Positions 13,786-27,192 are shown, counted from the whole stretch's first letter. The stretch: 63,252 nt of DNA, filler included, from Hyphochytrium catenoides (GCA_900088475.1; 17 parts of 17 records of this genome joined end to end with filler, not necessarily neighbours in it); one strand, 5' to 3'. Made by a program: numbers and translations. The notes: generated by a model from the sequence alone, not told the origin.

Positions 13786-14221
13786 GGGGAGAGAGCTGAA
13801 ACCAGAGAACCCAGCAATCAGATGCATCAACAGCCATGTACAGGCCAATGGACCAGTGAGAACGAGAGAGAGACACACATGCAACAATTGCTGCCCTCGA
13901 TGCACCGCCCTTACCATCCTCATCGCTGCCCTCAGGACCATCCGTGCCCTCTTCTCTCTTCTCTTCTCCATCCTCTCCGTGCTCTCCATCTCCTCCCTCA
14001 TCGCTGCTACCGCTAGACTCCTCTGAAGCACTGTGGCCTGGATTTTCCTCAGAAGAAGCAGCGCTGCCCTCGGCGTCAGATTCTGAGTCTTCCGCCGCCG
14101 CTTTCTGCAGCTCTTCCGCGGTCCTTCCCTTCATCATCAGTTGCAACTCTTCGGCCTTCGCTTCATCCTTGTGCTGCCCAGGCAGCGCCGAGCTCTGCTG
14201 ATTCCGTCCTCTTTTGGGCAT
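11933..14221 (-). CDS. RRP15: Ribosomal RNA-processing protein 15
   Basis: Acidic N-terminus, then GFGDAMSKIL, PVLAKRK, FERSLKKVATRGVVALFNAI, KEMSKDSFLQVLK, WSVLDDSYMMGAKMKDWD (Rrp15p motifs) across 5 exons. Confidence 0.93.
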
Positions 14222-14475
14222 CGTTTTACCAGGTTTGTCCCAGCAGCAGGCACTGAGCGTCACAGGTTACGGTCTAGATCGGACGCGGCTGTGTCGCTTC
14301 TGTCTCCTCTCTCTCTGACCTTTCCCTTTTGCCCTCCAGAGACTGTCAGTGGTTTGTGCAAGCGTGGCTTGTAAGCTAGGGGACACAGAGAGAGAAAGAG
14401 AGAGACCAGGTCACGGAGATGCGGCTTTCTCTTTAGAGCGACGAGAGAGAGGGAGGGAGAGAGGAAGGGAACAGG

Positions 14476-14506
<31 letters not shown>

Positions 14507-14511
14507 GGGGT

Positions 14512-14542
<31 letters not shown>

Positions 14543-15489
14543 TGAGAGAGAGAGAGAGTTCTGAAGGGTCAAAGCAGCCACAGCTCCGTCAGCCAACCAC
14601 AGAAACATCAGAATCGCTCTATATTGCGTCGTTCTTAGGAAAGCAGCCACGGATCTCTCAGCGCTAAACATACCAGCTTATTGGCCGCCCTTCTGGAGGA
14701 CCCTTGATTTCTGTCATATTAATACTCTTTGTAGCTTCAGGGCTAGTGGTAATGCGACAAGATTAGGTTATATATGGGTGTCCTAAACAAAAGGAGGGGA
14801 AGGGGTGAGAGAGAGAAGCAAGAGAAAGAGAAGAGACAGAACAGATAAAGAGGGGAAACTTATTTAAAAAAGAGTAGAAGAGGAAGAGGAAAGAGAGGAG
14901 AGAGAGGCATTGCGAGAGAGAGAGAAAGAGAGAGAGGAACAGGGAGAGAGGAGAGAGAGAGCCAATGCGAGAAGGAGAGAGAGAAAGAGAGAAAGAGAGA
15001 GAGAAGAGAGAATGCCAGTAACTGAGAGGGGGAGGAAGGACGAGATAGAGAAATCAGAGAGGGAGAGAGAGGAGACACAATGAGCTTCTGGAGCGTGGCC
15101 GAGGAGCAGCGATGACAGGCGGTAGAGGTAAGGAACAGACAGCAAGGGAGGTAACAAAGGCCTTGAGGCTGTCCTGAGAAGGCACAGGGAGAAGAGAAGA
15201 AAAAAGAGAGAGAGACAGAGAGAAAGAGAGAAAGAGAGAGAGAGAGAGAGATCCTTGGAAAAAGTGAGAGCAACTCTGCAAGCAGCAGCAGCAGACAATG
15301 ATGCTGATGTTATAAATAGTTTAGGAGCCCACACCAAGGCGCTGATAAATATATCTCACTCTTCTTCCGACCACATTATCTCTCTCTCTCTCCCTTTCTC
15401 TCTCTCTCTGTGTTCTTCACTTCTCTCTTCCCTTCCCTTCTCCTCTCTTTCCTCCAAGTTCTCTCTTTCCCTCTCTCTCTCCTGCTCTC

Positions 15490-15862
15490 TTAGATTCCAT
15501 TGACTTCCTCCTGGTTGAGCCCTTCATAACAGGTGAGCCCCTGCCGGTTGACGATCCCGTCATCAGCGCCTTTCTCTCTCAAATAGTCCGCCAACTCTAA
15601 GAACTTGTACGCGTGACAGTAATGCAGAGCCGTGTTGCCAGAGTGATTCTGGAGGGAGAGAGAGAGAGAGAGAGAGAGATGTTCGTCAGAGGAGAGAGAG
15701 GGTGCAAGCAGGACAGGGATACCAACAGACGGCAGAGACAAACAGATGTTAAGAGAGAGAGAGAGAGAGAGAGAGGTGTCCGTCAGAGGAGAGAGATGGT
15801 GCACCAGGACAGGGATACCAACAGACGACAGAGACAAACAGATGTTAAGAGAGAGAGAGAGG

Positions 15863-15905
<43 letters not shown>

Positions 15906-16057
15906 TCGTCAGAGGAGAGAGGGTGCAAGCAGGACAGGGATACCAACAGACGACAGAGACAAACAGATCTTAAGAGAGAGAGACAGAGAGAGAGAGAGGG
16001 AGAGAGAGACAGAGAGAGAGAGCGGATCTTTGGATAGAGCTCTGGAGAAGAGGAAAC

Positions 16058-16092
<35 letters not shown>

Positions 16093-16377
16093 GACAGCAA
16101 AGAGGCAGCTCAAAGGAGACAGAATGGCAGAGAGAGGGAGAGAGTGTGTATGGAAGTCATGGAGATCGGAAGAAGAGGGAGAGAGAGAGGAGGTAAAAAG
16201 AAAGTCGAGCCACGGGGAAGAAGGTTCTCTTGCCTGTCTATTGAGATCTGCGCCTCTCTTGAGCAAGTGCTTGATGATCCTCTTGTTCCCCTGCTGGGCC
16301 GCCAGGAGCACCAGCGTATTCCCGTTCTCATCTGCCGCGTTCACCTCCACCCCGCCGTCCAGTGCCTCCTCCAGCTG

Positions 16378-16421
<44 letters not shown>

Positions 16422-16772
16422 GAGAGAAAGAGAGAAAGATTCAAGAGTGGTACGCAGGATGGGAAAGAAGTAAGTCCAGGAAACAAAAGAGAAACAAGAG
16501 CAGAAGCAGGTCAGAACTCGTTTTTTCCTCCTTCTCCTTTCTCTATACTTATAAGGACAGATTTCTCTCTTTATCTCTCGCCTCTCTCTCTCTCTCTCTC
16601 TCTCTCCTTTTCTCTTACCTCGTCGAGCTTGCCGTTCTTAACATAAAGAATGGCCTTGCTGCGGAGTTCAAAGGCTTTGTCTGCGTCTGTCCGAAGTTTC
16701 TCCGCCTCATCAAAGCCTCCAGATGAGGAGAAGGCTGCTGCCGCAGCGCCGGCACCACCTTGCTGGAGCAAT
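15490..16772 (-). CDS. Ankyrin-repeat protein, 3' part (5' end lost at contig end)
   Basis: Three exons give VNAADENGNTLVLLAAQQGNKRIIKHLLKRGADLNRQ|NHSGNTALHYCHAYKFLELADYLREKGADD...LTCYEGL, stop at 15490. Confidence 0.88.
15676..15980. repeat. Intronic composite tandem repeat: 3 units of about 75 nt separated by (GA)n
   Basis: cgtcagaggagagag...gtgca...caggacagggataccaacagacg.cagagacaaacagat.ttaa occurs three times. Confidence 0.9.
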
Positions 16773-16872
16773 NNNNNNNNNNNNNNNNNNNNNNNNNNNN
16801 NNNNNNNNNNNNNNNNTTAATTAATTAANNNNNNNNNNNNNNNNNNNNNNNNNNNNNNNNNNNNNNNNNNNN
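16773..16872. other. Artificial contig spacer (first of 16)
   Basis: N-run/TTAATTAATTAA/N-run, about 100 nt. Also starts at 22831, 27811, 30315, 31716, 32837, 36535, 39472, 43207, 45352, 47327, 51638, 54885, 57964, 60409 and 61598. Confidence 0.97.
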
Positions 16873-18012
16873 TTCTTAGCTTTTCTTCTCTTCTTCTGCC
16901 TCTTCTTCTTCTTCACTTTCTTCTTCTTGTAGTATCAGTCTGTTAGAAATGATAGAACTAGTAGTAGTTTTTCATAGTTATATTCTCTTCTTCTGCCTCT
17001 TCTTCTTCTTCACTTTCTTCTTCTTCTAGAATTATTATTAGTCTGTTAGTAGTGATAGTAGTGTAGTAGGTCTCTAGGAGTAGTAAGCAGCAAGTAGTCC
17101 ATAGTTCCAGATCAAAAAAAATGACAGACAGTTCGGAAATTTTTTCGCTGTCAGCAGCCGCATTGCTCTGGTCTGCCGTCTACCTCCAACTCATCAACAG
17201 TGCCCTTTGCCTGCGTCCCAATAATAGCCCTCTTTGCTCGTACAGTAGTTCTACTATTATTGCAAAACAGTACCGGCGGGCTAGAAACTAGAGTTACTGC
17301 GGACGCGGAAAGAACTGAAGAGAGTGCTCGACGACCTAAGGCCGGAAGACCTTCTTTTGGAGGCAGAAATCTTAGGTTTCGAAGGCATTCTGGAGAGACA
17401 AGCAACAAACTTCCTTCCTCTTGGCATTCCTTTGTCCCTTCCTCCCGACTCATTTTCTTCCTCCCGACTCAATCATGTTCTCTTCTCTGTTCCCTATTGA
17501 TGGCATAAAACTCCATTCATCGTTCTGAACATGTCTGCTGTCCCTGCCCTCCCTCTTTTCCCAGTCTCCAGAGCCAGAGTCGCGGGTTTTACCAATAGTT
17601 CTATCCTATAAAAGGTAGTAACGAAAGGAGCATCGTACATGCAACTATTTTATTCCTGTGTTCCTGCTTTATGACCTGCTATCCTCCTCTATCCCGTCAC
17701 GCCCCCCATCATTGAGGCGATCTAAAGCCGAGGCTATGTTGCTTGCTTCTACCTTTCCTGTTGCAATCGTCGTGTCGTCTTCCTCTCATCATCATCCATC
17801 GATAGCAACTAAGGTTATTGTTTCTTTGAGTTTGTTTCTCTTGGCATCGGCGGACTTACTATAAAAAGAGCTATAAAAGGTCAGGCAGCACACCTGCAGA
17901 TCGACATCATCTTGCTTGAAGGGAGACTCATTTTTCAAAGTTCGTCCCTGCTGTGAATCGAGCAATTGCTTGTCTCCTTCCTGGCTATGTCCCTGAACCA
18001 GGTCCGCAAAGA

Positions 18013-20193
18013 ATGAAGTGGACGTCAGCTCGTTCCCAATTAACCGTCGCGTCTATTGTGGGAACCTTTCTCCTGTCGTTGTCCGTCATCCGCGGCTTCA
18101 CACCCAATGACAACGAGCACCCAGATGCAGTGACTGCATTGCCGGGCTGGGAAGGCCCTTTACCATCCCGACAGTATTCTGGCTTTCTTAGTGCAGGCGG
18201 CACCAAGAACCTTCATTACTGGTTTGTAGAGTCAGAGAGGAGCCCAGAGACTGATCCAGTCGTGCTTTGGCTCAACGGCGGGCCGGGATGCAGCAGCTTG
18301 ATAGGATATCTGAACATGCACGGACAGTTGCTAATGACCAATAAAAGCCCAAGCCGGCTTCTATACAATAACTGGACCTGGACTAAGCTCGCTAACATGA
18401 TCTACCTTGAGAGCCCGGCAGGCGTAGGCTTCAGGTAAGGGAAGAGCAAAGCCCTAGAGCTCTCTAGTATTATAATCAATGGCCCATGGTGTAACTAATT
18501 GAACTTGCACATTAGCCTAACCCGCACTCTTAATCAGTTATGCTGAGACAAGCGAAGAGCTGAGCACAGATGACTATGCAACAGCAGAAGGAAATCTGAA
18601 GGCTCTAGAAGATTTTTTCCAGAGATTCCCTCAATTTGCGAAGAATGAGTTTTATATCGCTGGCGAGAGCTATGCAGGTGATGCAATCGCTTTTGACTTT
18701 TCTTTCGCCAGTCCCTCCTCACCAAATGCAACTGTTGGGTTTAGTGGGACGCGACCTCACCCGTTCTTTCTTTTGAATCTTCCATCCAATGGCTGGTTCG
18801 AAATGCAGGTGTTTATGTCCCTACTCTCGCTGAAGCTATTATGGACGCCAAGGTCGCAGGGATATCAGAGATTAACTTGAAGGGTCTGGCAGTTGGCAAT
18901 GGTTGCACGGGCAGCGAGGTGGGGATCTGTCAAGAAAACTTCTATAAAGGACTCCTACCTGTCTATGAGTATCTTAAGGATCATGGCATGTTGAGCGAGA
19001 AGCATTATAGAGACCTGCTTGACGTGTGTTACGATGATAACTTGATCCCGCTGGAGCTCAACGACTCCAACGACAATACATGCATTCAAACGCTGAATAC
19101 GCTCTCTGAGAAGGTACGTGCCCTAGTCTTGGCTCTCATCCTCTCCGTCACTAGTCCTTCGTGAAACTGAACGTTCTCTACTCTGTGCTGCTTTGCCTCC
19201 ACACTCTCTAGTTGGGATATTTTGACTTATACGATATCAGCGCCGAGTGTATCCAGACGGAAGTCACTGTCTCAAGGAACCAAGAACGACACGAGAGGGC
19301 GACATGGACGTCCCATTATTCTCTAGACCTTCAGTGGAGGAGAATCTTCGATAGGCCTGCCACTAGCAAAAACCTGAGATCACTTGGATCCAAAAGCAAC
19401 GATTCCGCAGAGGAAGATGTCAGCACTTCAGATCAGGGCAACTACACTTATATTACCTGCAAACAGGACACCGCCGCGAAGGACTGGCTCAATCGGCGTG
19501 ATGTGATGGAATCCCTTAACGTAGGCCGCCGCATCTTTGCGCAACAGAAGCAATTGAAGTGGGAGCAATGCTTCTCCTTCCAGGCAAACAATGCGACTTA
19601 TAAAGTACGATAAGCAGGCTTGAGTTTTCGTCTGGGGTACTCTTTTCTGCTCATCTTTCCGGGGGTCTTCTTCTCTTTATGGCCTCGCGGGCGCCAGGCT
19701 TGTCGCGGCAGTGCACACAGCTATTCCTAACTCGTCGTTCATTCCTCTTTTGTTTACGTTCTCTGCCATCCTCCTACTTCACTGTTGCAGAAATCCGCAC
19801 CGAACCTACCGCGGGACGTTTATCCAAAGCTTATTGCTGCGGACTACCGGATTCTGATCTTTGCTGGAGATCAAGATGCGTGTGTTCCATATACAGACAG
19901 CGAGCGCTGGACCTCAGGGAATGTCACCAACCTCGTAGAGACCGAGAGCTGGCGACCTTGGAATGTTGACAAGCAGCTGGCTGGATACGTGACAACGTAT
20001 AATGACGGGGCTTTCAGTTTCGTGACCGTCAAAGGCGCTGGACACAAGGTGCGAAGTCTCCGTACCTGCTAACAAACTCTTCTTCCCTTCTGACTTACGT
20101 TTGTCCCATCCGGCTCACGCAAAGGTGGCCACCGGACGCCCTAAGCTTGGCTACGAGATGTTCAAGAGATTCTTGGAGCGCAGTCGCTTCTAA
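18013..20193 (+). CDS. Secreted serine carboxypeptidase (peptidase S10), 6 exons
   Basis: Signal peptide; [47 protein letters not shown] (Ser), INLKGLAVGNG, GDQDACVP (Asp), TVKGAGH (His); TAA at 20191-20193. Confidence 0.95.
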
Positions 20194-23081
20194 TTCTGCG
20201 AGGAACGGCAGAGCCAATAGGAGGAAGAGAGAACAACGAAGATCTATATACTGTCTCCACCACCCAATAAGCTGAGGTGCAGCACTTGCTATTAGGGGCG
20301 AGGTTTCGCAGTTGTTGTGACACTTATTAAATGCTGATGTCATCACGTAGGAAAAAGAAGAAAGTGAAGTAAGTAACAAACAGGTGACTCCTGGCGTAAG
20401 TTTAGCTGACTGCGTCCTGAGGTGCATCTTCTCCGGGAACTTGCTCGTCGTAGAAGAAGATTGATGAATGAATGTCTCAGGTAACAGTGGCGCTCTACTC
20501 ATAGCTAATGTNNNNNNNNNNNNNNNNNNNNNNNNNNNNNNNNNNNNNNNNNNNNNNNNNNNNNNNNNNNNNNNNNNNNNNNNNNNNNNNNNNNNNNNNN
20601 NNNGCCATTCGTTGCTGACTCTAGTCGGGACTACCCGTCCTGAGAGGACTCTCAAAGAGAAGAGGTCACATCCCATACACCGGTCGATCCGTGCGTGTCT
20701 AGGGCGCAACCCGGTGGTTAGCAGCCGTCTGAGGAGATATACATATAACACCCTTCCGAGCGCTGGGATTGGGCTCTGGTCAGGGATCTACAGGACCTAG
20801 ACGGCCTTAGGCTTAGACAGTAGCAGTAGGGCCCTCGCCCGCCTTCTTAGAGAGGAGGGAGCTTCTCATGAATGGTCTCCCTGTCCTCTCCCCCACAATT
20901 ATTGGAGAACCATCGGTTGCTGGCCCCATCTGTCCCTAAATCGTCGCTGGCCCCAACTGAGAATCATGATAGTGTACGGCTCCAAAGGTAGGCAGGCGCC
21001 CACCTCTGGAACTACCTTACCAGCNNNNNNNNNNNNNNNNNNNNNNNNNNNNNNNNNNNNTCAGTACCATGTATTCGGTCCCTTGTTGTCCTGGTTCCTG
21101 GGCTGTCTCTTCTATGGACCTTTCTCCTCACCCCTCTCTGGTCTGGCTCCCTCTCCTCCTCTTCTTATCCATTATTGTTGCCACTGCTGGCGCTTCACTC
21201 CCTGACTCTGCGTCGTCGTGTGGGCCCTCTTGACTCTCCTCGTCGCTAATTCCTAAGTGTATCTCCTCTCCTTCGTCTCCTTTCATTCTCTTGTGTGTCG
21301 GCCTCATGGTCTCACGCCCGCGCGCCCAGCAGCAATCACTCTTCCCTTCCTTCCTCGGTGAACTAATGCGGGCGGCGCTGTAGTTTGAACTACGAGTGTT
21401 CTGCTGGGTTCTCTCTTCCCGTGTGTTCGGCTGCCAATTCATTGCTAGGGTATTTCGTAGAAGTGCCAATTCTTCGGAAAAGAAGGGGGAAAGAAAAAGG
21501 AAAACACCGTAGTGCTGTGTTCAATACAGGAACCACAGGAAATGATACGAACTGCAAAACTGATTTTCCTTTAGCTTTCCTGTTGCCTACCACCAAAAAA
21601 TGGTGTGCCAAGTCTTCGCCTCAAAGAGTTGCCAGGGCTTCCTAACAGTAAGTTTGCGCAANNNNNNNNNNNNNNNNNNNNNNNNNNNNNNNNNNNNNNN
21701 NNNNNNNNNACGTTAGCACCCCTAACTGTTGCACGTTAGCGACTATGACCCCGGTTTCTATTGGCTGTTGGGATGTCAAGCGCTGTGATTGGTGGAATGA
21801 TGGTTCCGCTGACCTGGGGCCCAAAGTCGCCAGCGTAGGGCAGAGACTTCCCTTAGAATCTGCCCATGGGAAATTGCTGGCGAAAGGTCATGAGTGGTGT
21901 GTTCTGATGGGTGATGATGGGCTGTTGAGCACGCAGTTCCTCCTCCTCCTTTATTCCTGTTGTCAGGCAATTCATTATCTGTAGTGTACCTGTAGGGAGG
22001 AGGAGAGATGGCAGTGATGACTAGCTAGCCGCCAGAAGACAAGAGGGCTTCTGCGTCTCTCGTGAATGAGGAGTCAAGTACTAAAGGAGCCTAGACCTTC
22101 CTAGTGCTGCATGCAGGTATGGCCAAAGGACGACGGAAGCTATTAGCAGTAGGAGGGGAGCGGGCCAGCGGACAACAAGAGCTTGCTGAACTATTACTAG
22201 GTATGGACTCCGTGATTCCCCTCCCTGCAGCTAGCGAGGAACAGGAGGTTGGGACAAGAGCTTGTAGAAGCTACATTCGTAGGGGAGAAGGAGGAGGAAG
22301 AAACAGCCACCACTGTGTACATCTGTCGCTTACTATTTATCGATTGTCGTATTCTTCGGGAATATGGCACGCCAAGAAGAACAGAGACATGAGGAATCGA
22401 AGTCTCGGCACAAAAGCCACTGCTGCGTACAGGAAGCAGGCTGCAAGAGTACAAGTGTAGATAAATGAACATGACTAATAAGCGCCCTATAGGCTTGTTA
22501 GAGTTGTTGTAGATTCTTGTACAGCCAGACAGCTCAGGCTCCTCTCTCATGGAGACATTATGGCTCTGCAACAACAAGTTTATGTGGTTGCCGCACCAGA
22601 GAAAACAACAGCACGAGAAAGGGGTACATATCCGTAAAATCGCCTTAGCAGTCATGGGCGTTAGTATGGCATCTTTCCATCGCTTCAGTGAGGATCAAGT
22701 TCAGATCCCAAACGGACGGCTTAAGACATCGCGGATTCTCTGTGTTGAATCCGCTAAAATTGTTTGATAGCTAGCATCATTCATGATAGCTACTCTTGCC
22801 CTTAGAAGTCTTGAACTGTAGCTCCTTGACNNNNNNNNNNNNNNNNNNNNNNNNNNNNNNNNNNNNNNNNNNNNTTAATTAATTAANNNNNNNNNNNNNN
22901 NNNNNNNNNNNNNNNNNNNNNNNNNNNNNNAGAGTAAGACAGGTAACAGACAGAAAGCGCAAACTAAGAATGAGAGCAGAGAGGGAAAAAAAGAGAGAGA
23001 GACCGGAGAGAGAGGAGAGAGTGAGAGTGTAAAGAGGTAACGAAAGAAAAAACAGTTCCTAGCAAGTAACTCTTTACTTAC

Positions 23082-25048
23082 CTGGCGATGCAGTATTCTT
23101 TCCATGAAGCAACCGGCCTAAGGCGTGGAAGCTGCTCAGTAAAGGATCTTTATAGCACTGCGCTGAAGCAGCAGAACGCTTCTTGGTCTTCTCTGCCTCT
23201 CGTCTCTCGCCTTCTCTCTCTTGATCATCGTCCACAATCCGGCTCCTCCTCTTTGGCTTTGACTCCTACCAAAGAAGGACACGACGCGGCAAACATGGAA
23301 AATTAGGGCGATCCAGGACATAAGCTCTGTGAGAGACAGCATCTTTCTCTCGCTTTCCCTCTCTTGCCCCCCATGGTGTTCTCTCTTACTGTCTCTCTCT
23401 CTCTCACGCACCATCGAGCTATCCGGTACCTTTCCCTCTCGTCCTCCTCCCTCGGGACCCCTACTGTGTCTCTTCTTCTTCGCCCTCTCACTCTCTCTCT
23501 TTCAGAGCAGGATCATCGAGCTTTCACTTTCCCATCCTGCCTCGGCTGACCTTGTGGCCACTCTTTTTACCCCCCGTCGCCGTGTAAAGCTGCAAAGAGT
23601 TGATCGCGTGTCTCAAGTCTCCCTCGCTGGTGCTGGCCAAGGATTGAAGCTCTGTCTCCGTCAAAGAATGGCCCGCCAGTCGAGAAATCCGGCCTAGCTG
23701 TTTTGCCATCATTCCTTTGTGTAGAAGAAGGAAAGAGAGACAGGGAGAGGGAAACACCGAGAGAGAGAGAGAGGGAGAGAGAACACAGCGACAAAGGGTT
23801 AACGGTGACAGCAATCGTCAGTGAGACATGGTGCTACCTGCTAGTCAAGCTTGTTCTTTCTCTGTCTCTCTCTCTGTCTCTCCCCATTCGAGTGAGACTC
23901 CCGGATGAGTTTTATAGGAATAATCACCTCTTGGCAGCCCAGTTCCCTCTTAACTTTTCGCTAGTCTTCCTCCAAACACCTCTCTCTCTCTCTTTTTCTC
24001 TCTCTCTGTCACTCTTTCTTTCTCTCTCTCTCTTGGCATTGCTGTTCCTTTCTTCGCTTGCATTTCGGACTCTTCCCACTCTTTTCTCTTCGTGATCTCT
24101 TGCCCTCTCCCAACCTGGCGGCGTAGGATTGAGCTGTATCATGCTGACCCGATAGTCATTGATAATGTTCGAAGAGAACGCGCTGGCCAGCTGGCTTAGA
24201 TTGACCTTGTTCTCCGTGACATTGCTATAGATCAGCACTACGGGGAAGAGAGAGAAATCCAGAAGAGATCGTAGGAGAGAGAAGAACTCTTTCTTGCTCA
24301 TAGAAGAAGAGAGAAGAGGGAGATCATCAATAAGAACAAGTTGCTCTCTCTTTTCTCTGTCCCCTGCTCCCGTCAGTGGAGAAGAGGACGGTCCTTCCGT
24401 CAGTCGTAGAGAGGAATACTTGGAAGACCTCTTGAGGAACGTAGAGAAATCAGAAAGAGAAGAGGTATACGTCTCTCTCTTCTCGTCTCCTCTTCTCCAG
24501 TCTCCCTCAAAGCCAAAAGCCTGGACCATCTGTCGGTGCCCATAGGCAGACGAACCCACGTGGACCATATCTTCCCACTCTAGCACTTCTAACTCTCTCT
24601 CCTTCGCTAGCAGTCGGACCATCGTGGACTTGCCTATGCCTGAAGCCGAGAGAGAGAGAGGGGGGGGGGGAGAGGGGGAGAGAGAGAGATAGAGATAGGG
24701 AGGGAGAGAGACGGAGAGAGAGAGAGAGAAAGAGAGACATAGAAAGAGATGTGGGCAGAGTGAGAGCGACGCGGATGCGTGCGAGAAGAAGGCGACTCTA
24801 AAGACAAATCAAATGGAACAGAAAGGTAAGTGGTAAAGAGAGACAAAGAGTACGCAGAGAGAGAGAGAAAAATAGATAGTGATTAAGAGACGATAAGCTA
24901 GAAAGAACAGAGGATGGAAGAGTTGAATACGGCCGGAAGCGAGGAAGAGAGAAGAGGACTTAAAAAGCAACAGAGATAAAAAGAGAGTCCTTAACAGCAA
25001 GAGGAGCTGAGGAGGAAAACGACGTCGGAGGATAAGTCCAAGCTGTAT

Positions 25049-25090
<42 letters not shown>

Positions 25091-27192
25091 AGACAGAGAG
25101 AGAACAGTGACCTGGCCTGCCGCAAAGTATGAGAAGCTTGGGTCCGTGTGCATCTCCTCTCCTCAACGACTCGAGAGAGCGAGTGAGCCAGCTCTCCACC
25201 TCCTGCACTTTCTTGCTCTGTATAGCCAGGTCCTTAACTGTCTTTGGTGCCCAGCGATGAATCCATAACTCAGAGGAAGAGCGAGAGAGAGGAGAGAGAG
25301 AGGGAGGAAGAGGGGACGGCAGTCTCTCTTTGCTCTTTCCGTTGGTCTGTTCCAGCTTTCTCTTTCTCCCTGTGGGGACATTTAGAAATCGTTGCAAGAG
25401 AGAGGAGGAAACAGGGACACACTTTTGAGTTATTCAGCTCCTTCTCTCTCTCTCTACTCGTTTGGTCTGCTTGCTCATGCGCCCAATGGCCCTGCTCTCT
25501 CTCTCTCTGTTCTGTCTCTCTTTCTCCCCCTCTTTCTGTTGTGCTCGCCCTCTAGTCAAGTTTCCTGTCTCTTCGTGCCCGCTGGCCTTCGGTCTCTCCC
25601 AGACGTCATCTCCTCGTTAACATACAATCCCTCTCTCAGGCAGTCGACACAGTGTGTCAAGCAAGCAAGAGAGAGTACTTTCGCTGTATCTCTCTCTGTC
25701 TCTCCNNNNNNNNNNNNNNNNNNNNNNNNNNNNNNNNNNNNNNNNNNNNNNNNNNNNNNNNNNNNNNNNNNNNNNNNNNNNNNNNNNNNNNNNNNNNNNN
25801 NNNNNCTCTTCTTTGACTTTCTATTCCTCCTACTCTCCGTCTCTCTATTCACGTTCCGGAGTCTCTCCTGTCTTCCCTTTCAGCTCATGAAGGTCCCAAT
25901 GATCTTCTGCTCCCTTGACGCACCTGCTTGTCCCTTAGAGAGAAGACTAGATCCACAGGCATCGCAGTAGATGGAAGAGACGGAGTTCTCCAATGTGCAG
26001 CGAGGACATGACAGAGTCTCTTTCTCCTTTCTCTCCTTCTCCTTCTTCTCTTTCACTCTCCTATTCTCTCCCTCCTTCTTGCTCTTCAAAGAGAGACTTT
26101 CCTCCTCTCGGTTTGGCTCTTTCCATTGTGGCTTCTCTCTGTCTCCATCTTCTTCTGTCAACCACTTCTTCCTCTTCGGGTGCTCTCTCTTTCTGACTCC
26201 CTCGCAGATGGCACACCGAGCTCCTCCTTGGTTGAGATACGTGCAGGCAGAACACGCCCATTCTGAGGCAAGAAGAAGAGAGAACAAGGGGTCCGTAGAG
26301 AGAGAGAGAGAGAGAGTCACAGAGAGAGAGAGAGAGTCACAGAGAGGGGGAGAGAGAGAGAGTCACAAAGAGAGTCACAGGGAGAGACACAGAGAGAAGG
26401 AGAAAACGCAAAGGGAGGGACGAAGAAACACAGAGAGAATGAACAGGAAAAAGATGAGAAGAGAGAGAGATTTAAACGCAATGAGAGAGACACAAAACAA
26501 CGAGAGCGTGAACAGAGAGAGGAGGAGAAAAAGAGAGTAAGAGAACGAAAAAGTGGAGGACGAGAGAGAGAGCGAAAGCCGGAGGAAGAGTCGGAGAGAG
26601 GGAGGAAGCTGACGAGGACACCCCGGAAAAAAGCGACACTAACCCGAGAAGGAGAAGGCGACGAAGGGATGCAGAAGCAAAAGAGGAGAGGGAGGTAGGG
26701 AGGGAGAGAGAGAGAGAAAGGGAGAGAGAGAATGAGAGAGAGTATGACGGAGACGAAGGGGGAGATAGAGAGAGAGAAAGCCAGAGAGAGAGAAGACCAC
26801 CGCATACCGTCCGGCTCAGGTGACTGCTGTTGCTTGTTTGTTCTCGAGGTGAGAGGGACGCGAGACCGAGTCGTGATCAGTGGCTTGTATTCTTGAGACG
26901 AGGAGGCGATATCTAAGAAAAAGTGNNNNNNNNNNNNNNNNNNNNNNNNNNNNNNNNNNNNNNNNNNNNNNNNNNNNNNNNNNNNNNNNNNNNNNNNNNN
27001 NNNNNNNGAGAGAGAGAGAGAGAGAGAGAGAGTTAAAACGGGGAGCGAATGGTAATAGGTCAGCGCTTGTTCAGAAAATAGCTCTATAAATGGAGGGCCT
27101 ATACCTCTTGCAGTCACTGAGGGTGTTCGCTTAAAATCCGGTTGTATCTCCTCATCCGAGGAGATAATGATCTCAATCTCGTCCGAAGACAT
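23082..27192 (-). CDS. RAD17: Checkpoint clamp loader RAD17/Rad24 with N-terminal RanBP2-type zinc fingers (3' end truncated at contig end)
   Basis: LWIHRWAPKTVKDLAIQSKKVQEV, Walker A GRPG|IGKST, Walker B LVLIDDLP, PVVLIYS, GDLRHAINSLQ, KDPLLSSFHALGRLLHGK. An upstream exon has WACSACTYLN...CAICE and SCPRCTLEN...CDACG. Confidence 0.88.

Noticed and set aside
15676-15980. CRISPR-like repeat/spacer pattern
   Set aside because: The spacers are only (GA)n, the locus is a spliceosomal intron, and there are no cas genes.
16817-16828. Recurring TTAATTAATTAA palindrome and ORFs ending in LIN
   Set aside because: Artificial all-frame stop spacer between contigs.
990-20193. Non-standard genetic code or non-canonical splicing
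   Set aside because: The genes I reconstructed use standard stops and GT-AG introns; a few AAG acceptors are within normal range.
20604-22830. Possible LTR end and coding fragments
   Set aside because: Broken by N gaps, with no second copy and no recognisable motif.
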